Of a DNA stretch of 24,951 nt, positions 10,533 to 21,968 are shown piece after piece. The translations under genes and the position numbers were made by a program. The stretch is from Macrostomum lignano (taxonomy: Eukaryota). The notes beneath the pieces are model-generated. The model did not search any database. It saw only the letters and a list, made by a program, of their open reading frames with translations, and was not told the origin of the DNA. Where the stretch lies: positions 1 through 24,951 of the forward strand of contig NIVC01003409.1 of the NCBI GenBank assembly GCA_002269645.1, in the 5' to 3' direction. Numbering within the stretch: position 1 is the first letter of the stretch; the number at the start of each line of letters is the position of its first letter.

Positions 10533-13500
10533 AGCTATCCGTGCAGGCAGTCAGTCTATTTGTCTTTTCTGTGAATGGATCTGAAGAAAACCCGTCCGGC
10601 ACAGGATTAAAGAGAAAGAGACGATCTGTTTTGGGTGAGTATTATCTGCTGTAGAAGTATTGTACACCAGAGTACTTGTGTTACTTGGTAGAGCACAATT
10701 CAAAAGCAATGCAACAATCTCAGTGGCATTGTTGGGACACAAGCTACAAACGCAATGAATAGTAAACACAGCCCAGCCTAGCTCAAGGCTAGTAATTTGT
10801 TGGGCATTTATTGGGACATTGCAGCCAGGCCTATTTTTTGAACAGCATTTGTTGGGTCGCACTTATTGGGACAATACTGATTCTAATCGCGACTACTTCT
10901 GAGTTCTGACTTTTCAAAACAGACCCAGCATTAGTTGAACACGTTCTATTAAAGGGTTCCTTTATAGCCTATTAATGATTACTAAAGCAAGCCTATCTTA
11001 ATTGATTTCTTTTCCTCGCAGATTCTGAAGTCAGCCACGCCAGCGACATGCCTAAGAGACAAGAATGCGCTTTAACGATCAGCAGCGAGCATTCTGATCT
11101 CGCCGCTGCATCCGTCATTTGGTTCACTTGCTGCTCACAAGCCGCAGCAGCAGCAGCAGCAGCAGCAGCAGCTATCCGTGCAGGCAGTCAGTCTATTTGT
11201 GAATTTTCTGGTGGATCTGAAGAAAACCCGTCCGGCACAGGATTAAAGAGAAAGAGACGATCTGTTTTGGGTGAGTATTATCTGCTGTAGAAGTATTGTA
11301 CACCAGAGTACTTGTGTTACTTGGTAGAGCACAATTCAAAAGCAATGCAACAATCTCAGTGGCATTGTTGGGACACAAGCTACAAACGCAATGAATAGTA
11401 AACACAGCCCAGCCTAGCTCAAGGCTAGTAATTTGTTGGGCATTTATTGGGACATTGCAGCCAGGCCTATTTTTTGAACAGCATTTGTTGGGTCGCACTT
11501 ATTGGGACAATACTGATTCTAATCGCGACTACTTCTGAGTTCTGACTTTTCAAAACAGACCCAGCATTAGTTGAACACGTTCTATTAAAGGGTTCCTTTA
11601 TAGCCTATTAATGATTACTAAAGCAAGCCTATCTTAATTGATTTCTTTTCCTCGCAGATTCTGAAGTCAGCCACGCCAGCGACATGCCTAAGAGACAAGA
11701 ATGCGCTTTAACGATCAGCAGCGAGCATTCTGATCTCGCCGCTGCATCCGTCATTTGGTTCACTTGCTGCTCACAAGCCGCAGCAGCAGCAGCAGCAGCA
11801 GCAGCGCTATCCGTGCAGGCAGTCAGTCTATTTGTGAATTTTCTGGTGGATCTGAAGAAAACCCGTCCGGCACAGGATTAAAGAGAAAGAGACGATCTGT
11901 TTTGGGTGAGTATTATCTGCTGTAGAAGTATTGTACACCAGAGTACTTGTGTTACTTGGTAGAGCACAATTCAAAAGCAATGCAACAATCTCAGTGGCAT
12001 TGTTGGGACACAAGCTACAAACGCAATGAATAGTAAACACAGCCCAGCCTAGCTCAAGGCTAGTAATTTGTTGGGCATTTATTGGGACATTGCAGCCAGG
12101 CCTATTTTTTGAACAGCATTTGTTGGGTCGCACTTATTGGGACAATACTGATTCTAATCGCGACTACTTCTGAGTTCTGACTTTTCAAAACAGACCCAGC
12201 ATTAGTTGAACACGTTCTATTAAAGGGTTCCTTTATAGCCTATTAATGATTACTAAAGCAAGCCTATCTTAATTGATTTCTTTTCCTCGCAGATTCTGAA
12301 GTCAGCCACGCCAGCGACATGCCTAAGAGACAAGAATGCGCTTTAACGATCAGCAGCGAGCATTCTGATCTCGCCGCTGCATCCGTCATTTGGTTCACTT
12401 GCTGCTCACAAGCCGCAGCAGCAGCAGCAGCAGCAGCAGCAGCTATCCGTGCAGGCAGTCAGTCTATTTGTGAATTTTCTGGTGGATCTGAAGAAAACCC
12501 GTCCGGCACAGGATTAAAGAGAAAGAGACGATCTGTTTTGGGTGAGTATTATCTGCTGTAGAAGTATTGTACACCAGAGTACTTGTGTTACTTGGTAGAG
12601 CACAATTCAAAAGCAATGCAACAATCTCAGTGGCATTGTTGGGACACAAGCTACAAACGCAATGAATAGTAAACACAGCCCAGCCTAGCTCAAGGCTAGT
12701 AATTTGTTGGGCATTTATTGGGACATTGCAGCCAGGCCTATTTTTTGAACAGCATTTGTTGGGTCGCACTTATTGGGACAATACTGATTCTAATCGCGAC
12801 TACTTCTGAGTTCTGACTTTTCAAAACAGACCCAGCATTAGTTGAACACGTTCTATTAAAGGGTTCCTTTATAGCCTATTAATGATTACTAAAGCAAGCC
12901 TATCTTAATTGATTTCTTTTCCTCGCAGATTCTGAAGTCAGCCACGCCAGCGACATGCCTAAGAGACAAGAATGCGCTTTAACGATCAGCAGCGAGCATT
13001 CTGATCTCGCCGCTGCATCCGTCATTTGGTTCACTTGCTGCTCACAAGCCGCAGCAGCAGCAGCAGCAGCAGCAGCAGCTATCCGTGCAGGCAGTCAGTC
13101 TATTTGTGAATTTTCTGGTGGATCTGAAGAAAACCCGTCCGGCACAGGATTAAAGAGAAAGAGACGATCTGTTTTGGGTGAGTATTATCTGCTGTAGAAG
13201 TATTGTACACCAGAGTACTTGTGTTACTTGGTAGAGCACAATTCAAAAGCAATGCAACAATCTCAGTGGCATTGTTGGGACACAAGCTACAAACGCAATG
13301 AATAGTAAACACAGCCCAGCCTAGCTCAAGGCTAGTAATTTGTTGGGCATTTATTGGGACATTGCAGCCAGGCCTATTTTTTGAACAGCATTTGTTGGGT
13401 CGCACTTATTGGGACAATACTGATTCTAATCGCGACTACTTCTGAGTTCTGACTTTTCAAAACAGACCCAGCATTAGTTGAACACGTTCTATTAAAGGGT

Positions 13501-16500
13501 TCCTTTATAGCCTATTAATGATTACTAAAGCAAGCCTATCTTAATTGATTTCTTTTCCTCGCAGATTCTGAAGTCAGCCACGCCAGCGACATGCCTAAGA
13601 GACAAGAATGCGCTTTAACGATCAGCAGCGAGCATTCTGATCTCGCCGCTGCATCCGTCATTTGGTTCACTTGCTGCTCACAAGCCGCAGCAGCAGCAGC
13701 AGCAGCAGCAGCAGCTATCCGTGCAGGCAGTCAGTCTATTTGTGAATTTTCTGGTGGATCTGAAGAAAACCCGTCCGGCACAGGATTAAAGAGAAAGAGA
13801 CGATCTGTTTTGGGTGAGTATTATCTGCTGTAGAAGTATTGTACACCAGAGTACTTGTGTTACTTGGTAGAGCACAATTCAAAAGCAATGCAACAATCTC
13901 AGTGGCATTGTTGGGACACAAGCTACAAACGCAATGAATAGTAAACACAGCCCAGCCTAGCTCAAGGCTAGTAATTTGTTGGGCATTTATTGGGACATTG
14001 CAGCCAGGCCTATTTTTTGAACAGCATTTGTTGGGTCGCACTTATTGGGACAATACTGATTCTAATCGCGACTACTTCTGAGTTCTGACTTTTCAAAACA
14101 GACCCAGCATTAGTTGAACACGTTCTATTAAAGGGTTCCTTTATAGCCTATTAATGATTACTAAAGCAAGCCTATCTTAATTGATTTCTTTTCCTCGCAG
14201 ATTCTGAAGTCAGCCACGCCAGCGACATGCCTAAGAGACAAGAATGCGCTTTAACGATCAGCAGCGAGCATTCTGATCTCGCCGCTGCATCCGTCATTTG
14301 GTTCACTTGCTGCTCACAAGCCGCAGCAGCAGCAGCAGCAGCAGCAGCAGCTATCCGTGCAGGCAGTCAGTCTATTTGTGAATTTTCTGGTGGATCTGAA
14401 GAAAACCCGTCCGGCACAGGATTAAAGAGAAAGAGACGATCTGTTTTGGGTGAGTATTATCTGCTGTAGAAGTATTGTACACCAGAGTACTTGTGTTACT
14501 TGGTAGAGCACAATTCAAAAGCAATGCAACAATCTCAGTGGCATTGTTGGGACACAAGCTACAAACGCAATGAATAGTAAACACAGCCCAGCCTAGCTCA
14601 AGGCTAGTAATTTGTTGGGCATTTATTGGGACATTGCAGCCAGGCCTATTTTTTGAACAGCATTTGTTGGGTCGCACTTATTGGGACAATACTGATTCTA
14701 ATCGCGACTACTTCTGAGTTCTGACTTTTCAAAACAGACCCAGCATTAGTTGAACACGTTCTATTAAAGGGTTCCTTTATAGCCTATTAATGATTACTAA
14801 AGCAAGCCTATCTTAATTGATTTCTTTTCCTCGCAGATTCTGAAGTCAGCCACGCCAGCGACATGCCTAAGAGACAAGAATGCGCTTTAACGATCAGCAG
14901 CGAGCATTCTGATCTCGCCGCTGCATCCGTCATTTGGTTCACTTGCTGCTCACAAGCCGCAGCAGCAGCAGCAGCAGCAGCTATCCGTGCAGGCAGTCAG
15001 TCTATTTGTGAATTTTCTGGTGGATCTGAAGAAAACCCGTCCGGCACAGGATTAAAGAGAAAGAGACGATCTGTTTTGGGTGAGTATTATCTGCTGTAGA
15101 AGTATTGTACACCAGAGTACTTGTGTTACTTGGTAGAGCACAATTCAAAAGCAATGCAACAATCTCAGTGGCATTGTTGGGACACAAGCTACAAACGCAA
15201 TGAATAGTAAACACAGCCCAGCCTAGCTCAAGGCTAGTAATTTGTTGGGCATTTATTGGGACATTGCAGCCAGGCCTATTTTTTGAACAGCATTTGTTGG
15301 GTCGCACTTATTGGGACAATACTGATTCTAATCGCGACTACTTCTGAGTTCTGACTTTTCAAAACAGACCCAGCATTAGTTGAACACGTTCTATTAAAGG
15401 GTTCCTTTATAGCCTATTAATGATTACTAAAGCAAGCCTATCTTAATTGATTTCTTTTCCTCGCAGATTCTGAAGTCAGCCACGCCAGCGACATGCCTAA
15501 GAGACAAGAATGCGCTTTAACGATCAGCAGCGAGCATTCTGATCTCGCCGCTGCATCCGTCATTTGGTTCACTTGCTGCTCACAAGCCGCAGCAGCAGCA
15601 GCAGCAGCTATCCGTGCAGGCAGTCAGTCTATTTGTGAATTTTCTGGTGGATCTGAAGAAAACCCGTCCGGCACAGGATTAAAGAGAAAGAGACGATCTG
15701 TTTTGGGTGAGTATTATCTGCTGTAGAAGTATTGTACACCAGAGTACTTGTGTTACTTGGTAGAGCACAATTCAAAAGCAATGCAACAATCTCAGTGGCA
15801 TTGTTGGGACACAAGCTACAAACGCATGAATAGTAAACACAGCCCAGCCTAGCTCAAGGCTAGTAATTTGTTGGGCATTTATTGGGACATTGCAGCCAGG
15901 CCTATTTTTTGAACAGCATTTGTTGGGTCGCACTTATTGGGACAATACTGATTCTAATCGCGACTACTTCTGAGTTCTGACTTTTCAAAACAGACCCAGC
16001 ATTAGTTGAACACGTTCTATTAAAGGGTTCCTTTATAGCCTATTAATGATTACTAAAGCAAGCCTATCTTAATTGATTTCTTTTCCTCGCAGATTCTGAA
16101 GTCAGCCACGCCAGCGACATGCCTAAGAGACAAGAATGCGCTTTAACGATCAGCAGCGAGCATTCTGATCTCGCCGCTGCATCCGTCATTTGGTTCACTT
16201 GCTGCTCACAAGCCGCAGCAGCAGCAGCAGCAGCAGCAGCAGCGCTATCCGTGCAGGCAGTCAGTCTATTTGTGAATTTTCTGGTGGATCTGAAGAAAAC
16301 CCGTCCGGCACAGGATTAAAGAGAAAGAGACGATCTGTTTTGGGTGAGTATTATCTGCTGTAGAAGTATTGTACACCAGAGTACTTGTGTTACTTGGTAG
16401 AGCACAATTCAAAAGCAATGCAACAATCTCAGTGGCATTGTTGGGACACAAGCTACAAACGCAATGAATAGTAAACACAGCCCAGCCTAGCTCAAGGCTA

Positions 16501-18114
16501 GTAATTTGTTGGGCATTTATTGGGACATTGCAGCCAGGCCTATTTTTTGAACAGCATTTGTTGGGTCGCACTTATTGGGACAATACTGATTCTAATCGCG
16601 ACTACTTCTGAGTTCTGACTTTTCAAAACAGACCCAGCATTAGTTGAACACGTTCTATTAAAGGGTTCCTTTATAGCCTATTAATGATTACTAAAGCAAG
16701 CCTATCTTAATTGATTTCTTTTCCTCGCAGATTCTGAAGTCAGCCACGCCAGCGACATGCCTAAGAGACAAGAATGCGCTTTAACGATCAGCAGCGAGCA
16801 TTCTGATCTCGCCGCTGCATCCGTCATTTGGTTCACTTGCTGCTCACAAGCCGCAGCAGCAGCAGCAGCAGCTATCCGTGCAGGCAGTCAGTCTATTTGT
16901 GAATTTTCTGGTGGATCTGAAGAAAACCCGTCCGGCACAGGATTAAAGAGAAAGAGACGATCTGTTTTGGGTGAGTATTATCTGCTGTAGAAGTATTGTA
17001 CACCAGAGTACTTGTGTTACTTGGTAGAGCACAATTCAAAAGCAATGCAACAATCTCAGTGGCATTGTTGGGACACAAGCTACAAACGCATTGAATAGTA
17101 AACACAGCCCAGCCTAGCTCAAGGCTAGTAATTTGTTGGGCATTTATTGGGACATTGCAGCCAGGCCTATTTTTTGAACAGCATTTGTTGGGTCGCACTT
17201 ATTGGGACAATACTGATTCTAATCGCGACTACTTCTGAGTTCTGACTTTTCAAAACAGACCCAGCATTAGTTGAACACGTTCTATTAAAGGGTTCCTTTA
17301 TAGCCTATTAATGATTACTAAAGCAAGCCTATCTTAATTGATTTCTTTTCCTCGCAGATTCTGAAGTCAGCCACGCCAGCGACATGCCTAAGAGACAAGA
17401 ATGCGCTTTAACGATCAGCAGCGAGCATTCTGATCTCGCCGCTGCATCCGTCATTTGGTTCACTTGCTGCTCACTTGCTGCTCACAAGCCGCAGCAGCAG
17501 CAGCCGCTATCCGTGCAGGCAGTCAGTCTCTTTGTGAATTTTCTGGTGGATCTGAAGAAAACCCGTCCGGCACAGGATTAAAGAGAAAGAGACGATCTGT
17601 TTTGGGTGAGTATTATCTGCTGTAGAAGTATTGTACACCAGAGTACTTGTGTTACTTGGTAGAGCACAATTGAAAAGCAATGCAACAATCTCAGTGGCAT
17701 TGTTGGGACACAAGCTACAAACGCATTGAATAGTAAACACAGCCCAGCCTAGCTCAAGGCTAGTAATTTGTTGGGCATTTATTGGGACATTGCAGCCAGG
17801 CCTATTTTTTGAACAGCATTTGTTGGGTCGCACTTATTGGGACAATACTGATTCTAATCGCGACTACTTCTGAGTTCTGACTTTTCAAAACAGACCCAGC
17901 ATTAGTTGAACACGTTCTATTAAAGGGTTCCTTTATAGCCTATTAATGATTACTAATGCAAGCCTATCTTAATTGATTTCTTTTCCTCGCAGATTCTGAA
18001 GTCAGCAACGCCAGCGACATGCCTAAGAGACAAGAATGCGCTTTAACGATCAGCAGCGAGCATTCTGATCTCGCCGCTGCATCCGTCATTTGGTTCACTT
18101 GCTGCTCACAAGCC

Positions 18115-18153
<39 letters not shown>

Positions 18154-18174
18154 GCTATCTGTGCAGCAGTCAGT
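3440..18174 (+). repeat. Tandem array of ~636-bp units (23 complete + 1 partial), each one exon plus one intron, with an internal variable (GCA)n tract
   Basis: The same 101-aa antisense ORF recurs at 3528, 4164, 4797 ... 17507 (23 times, spacing ~615-650). Units are near-identical except at and around the CAG tract (about 4-13 triplets). Confidence 0.98.
3993..4241 (+). CDS. Representative repeated symmetric exon (copy 2; 249 nt, phase 1-1). Further copies start at 4629, 5262, 5905, 6555, 7190, 7823, 8458, 9097, 9733, 10372, 11022, 11658, 12293, 12929, 13565, 14201, 14837, 15467, 16093, 16731, 17358
   Basis: Branch-like TACTAAA, then TTGATTTCTTTTCCTCGCAG|AT ... TTG G|GTGAGT. G+AT gives Asp, so copies splice in frame: DSEVSHASDMPKRQECALTISSEHSDLAAASVIWFTCCSQ(A)nIRAGSQSICEFSGGSEENPSGTGLKRKRRSVL. 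The intron is 387 nt (4242-4628). Confidence 0.6.
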
Positions 18175-18177
18175 TAA
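17993..18177 (+). CDS. Last (3'-unique) terminal coding exon of the array
   Basis: Same acceptor and 5' half as the middle copies. It then diverges after the (GCA)12 tract: ...SQAAAAAAAAAAAAAAAICAAVS* (TAA 18175-18177). No GTGAGT donor follows. Confidence 0.5.
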
Positions 18178-18297
18178 TTCATGAGTTTTTTGGCGGAGCT
18201 GGTTATTTTTTTAATTTTCTGAATCGAGAAGCCGATTAACTGCTGTGTGCTTCACTGGAATATTATTTAGAGGACGCATTTTTTGCAGTCTGTTTCT

Positions 18298-18303
18298 AAT
18301 AAA
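18298..18303 (+). promoter_or_regulatory. Candidate polyadenylation signal AATAAA for the exon-array gene
   Basis: AATAAA about 120 nt after the terminal-exon stop. The hexamer alone is weak evidence in AT-rich DNA. Confidence 0.35.
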
Positions 18304-18380
18304 ATCCGGTGCAATGACCGCGGTAGAGCTCTAGCATTTGCTTTTTATAGTATTTGTGTATATTCTTTTTCAAGCTATGC

Positions 18381-18629
18381 TGGAATTGTTGGGACAGCCC
18401 TATCCACACTGGCTATGGTGGAATTGTTGGGACAGCCCTATCCACACTGGCTATGGTTGAATTGTTGGGACAGCCCTATCCACACTGGCTATGGTGGAAT
18501 TGTTGGGACAGCCCTATCCACACTGGCTATGGTTGAATTGTTGGGACAGCCCTATCCACACTGGCTATGGTGGAATTGTTGGGACAGCCCTATCCACACT
18601 GGCTATGGTGAAATTGTTGGGACAGCCCC
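18381..18629 (+). repeat. 38-bp minisatellite, ~6.5 copies (TGGAATTGTTGGGACAGCCCTATCCACACTGGCTATGG)
   Basis: Units start at 18381, 18419, 18457, 18495, 18533, 18571, 18609. First triplets are TGG,TGG,TTG,TGG,TTG,TGG,TGA. Confidence 0.95.
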
Positions 18630-19249
18630 ATACTATAGTGTGTGCTGGCTTCTGCTATAGTGTGGTTCATTTCCGCATCCTTTTACGTAGCATTCTGTGG
18701 GTCCGAATAGCTGACATGTACCTTTTGAGTAATTCTAGTGATTGTGTCATAATCAATAAAGTACATTTTTATGAACAGTGGAGTTTCGCTACAGAATTGT
18801 TTTTTCCCAGTGGCACTAAATGTAGCAAATTTTGTTTATTCAGATCGTAAAATTTTTTTGATATGTGTCAATGTCGTTTGTCTTCGATAACCTTAAAGTC
18901 CCTTGCCATTTACCATCCTGTCTTCTATAATCTATGATCGCTGAAATTATCTGGTGAAATTTGACGCGCTGATATTATTGCCTTAGTGGAATTCAGCAAG
19001 ACACCAGGGTTTTTTAATTCTGTTTTAGACAAGTATACATGTACAATCTGTTGTGAGTTCAATGCACCTCGAAAAATGCTTTCCAACTGTTTTCAGTAAG
19101 CCAAAAGCATGTTGTCAATAAAAATCTATTTGGTGGGTTGAAAATTGCCTGTGTGGGGACGTGTGTGTGTGTGATTTTTCGTGTGTCGGAGCAGTCCCAA
19201 TATGTGCAAGTTTTTGCACACTTGGCCAATAAGTGCCTCGTGCACGTTT

Positions 19250-19765
<516 letters not shown>

Positions 19766-20650
19766 AGAGATTATCTATACTCCGACAATAGTGTTACTGC
19801 GTCCGAACTCCGAATGTGGAAGCCACAAGCACATAGATATCAAAGCTGTCTGATGTTGCTCATTAGGATGACACTCATTAGGGCCAACCATCAGGGCGCA
19901 GAGAATCGTACACGCTTGACGATTCGAAAGTCAAGGACCCATGTACACCCTGTGTGAGCGTGTGTATGAGTGCAGTGCCCGCGTACAGTATTGCGCGCTT
20001 GTATTGTGCTCAAGAGTTCTTGTTTAGTCAACAGGCCATGACAGTAGAAAAAGACACATTGGTCTTCGCTCCGTTCGGACGCCAGTAAAATCACTGTCTC
20101 ACTCTCCTATTGACCCCGGGTAGGAAATCATTTAGGTCTTAGTTTACCTATATGCTGTTGAAACGACCCAGGCCTAATTAATTTTGTTATTATTTTCTCT
20201 ATAAAAATTCGACAACGCGCAGTGCTTGCACCATTCGTTTACGTCTGCATCCGGCGTCTGTTTGCCATCGTCGCCTCAGCTACGCATGCACCACCAGTTT
20301 AAAGCGTTGCGCTGCGACAAAAAGACCAAGTCTTGTCAGCAGATCAACGTCACGAACAGGTTAAACGAGGTTAGACCGAGGGTTGAAGTAATTAATAGTT
20401 AATAATTATAATAGTCATGCAGATATCAGCTGCGATACATTATAGTTGTTTTCTATCCCCGCTTTCCGCTTGACAAAATTATTATTACCTAGCTATGTTT
20501 ACATTATTGTTATTAAAATTAGTTCACGCACTGAGGGATTAGTTTTTAGATGGTGGTCCATTTACCTGCCATCGTTAGCATTCAAGGTGTCGGTTTGGAC
20601 TTTTGACACTCACTCATTTAAGAAATGTTGTGCTTTGTGTGAGCTAACAG

Positions 20651-21968
20651 GAATCTTGTTCATTAATGAACAACCGATTCACCAACCGTGCCAATCAAAG
20701 AGTCGCCGATTCACCAATCTTGTCATTCTAAGAGTCGCCGATTCACCAATCTTGTCATTCAAAGAGTCACCGATTCACCAATCTTGTCATTCTAAGAGTC
20801 ACCGATTCACCAATCTTGCCAACCAAAGAGTCACAGATTCACCAATCTCGTCATTCAAAGAGTCGCCGATTCACCAATCTTGTCATTCAAAGAGTCGCCG
20901 ATTCACCAATCTTGTCATTCAAAGAGTCGCCAATTCACCAATCTTGTCATTCAAAGAGTCACCGATTCACCAATCTTGTCATTCAAAGAGTCGCCGATTC
21001 ACCAATCTTGTCATTCAAAGAGCCGCCGATTCACCAATCTTGTCATTCAAAGAGTCGCCGATTCACCAATCTTGTCAACCAAAGAGTCACCGATTCACCA
21101 ATCTTGTCATTCAAGAGTCGCCGATTCACCAATCTTGTCATTCAAAGAGTCGCCGATTCACCAATCTTGTCATTCAAAGAGTCACCGATTCACCAATCTT
21201 GTCATTCAAAGAGTCGCCGATTCACCAATCTTGTCATTCAAAGAGTCACTGATTCACCAATCTTGTTATTCAAAGAGTCGCCGATTCACCAATCTTGTCA
21301 TTCAAAGAGTCGCCGATTCACCAATCTTGTCAACCAAAGAGTCGCCGATTCACCTATCTTGTCATTCAAAGAGTCGCCGATTCACCAATCTTGTCATTCA
21401 AAGTGTCGCAGATTCACCAATCTTGTCATTCAAAGAGCCGCCGATTCACCAATCTTGTCATTCAAAGAGTCGCCAATTCACCAATCTTGTCATTCAAAGA
21501 GTCGCCGATTCACCAATCTTGTCATTCAAAGAGTCACCGATTCACCAATCTTGTCATTCAAAGAGTCACTGATTCACCAATCTTGTTATTCAAAGAGTCG
21601 TCGATTCACCAATCTTGTCATTCAAAGAGTCGCCGATTCACCAATCTTGTCAACCAAAGAGTCACCGATTCACCAATCTTGTCATTCAAAGAGTCGCCGA
21701 TTCACCAATTTTGTCAACCAAAGAGTCGCCGATTCACCTATTGTGTCATTCAAAGAGTCGCCGATTCACCAATCTTGTCATTCAAAGAGTCACTGATTCA
21801 CCAATCTTGTTATTCAAAGAGTCGTCGATTCACCTATCGTGTCATTCAAAGAGTCGCCGATTCACCAATCTTGTCAACCAAAGAGTCACCGATTCACCAA
21901 TCTTGTCCTTTAGACTGCTTTATTAGCTCTCCCATTCAGCGAGCCTCTGATTCACCAATCCTGTCATT
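20651..21968 (+). repeat. 32-bp tandem satellite, ~40 copies (ATTCAAAGAGTCGCCGATTCACCAATCTTGTC), degenerate at both ends
   Basis: Period 32 (e.g. 20761 to 20793). The core runs ~20673-21907. It generates the overlapping KESPIHQSCHSKSRRFTNLVIQRVADSPILSF ORFs in all three plus frames. Confidence 0.97.

Noticed and set aside
4019-17581. Stand-alone 60-81-aa plus ORFs MPKRQ...EYYLL* as separate small genes
   Set aside because: The frame is open upstream to the acceptor and the EYYLL* tail is read-through of the GTGAGT donor, so the exon interpretation explains both boundaries better.
3528-17833. 101-aa minus-strand ORF (MRPNKCCSKN...) repeated 23 times
   Set aside because: Its recurrence follows trivially from repeat identity. 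It has no recognisable domain, it is antisense across the plus-strand donor and intron, and it is broken in copy 20 by a 1-nt deletion.
18381-18629. CRISPR-like array or DnaA-box (TATCCACA) iteron cluster
   Set aside because: The units are contiguous with no unique spacers, there are no cas or rep genes, and the context is eukaryotic with spliceosomal signals.
18283-18850. ORFs of 60-125 aa over the 38-bp repeat
   Set aside because: They are products of a stop-free minisatellite read in three frames with non-ATG starts.
20223-20369. Possible phase 0-0 exon CLHHSFTSASGVCLPSSPQLRMHHQFKALRCDKKTKSCQQINVTNRLNE
   Set aside because: The acceptor and the GTTAGA donor are only moderate, no partner exons were identified, and there is no recognisable motif.
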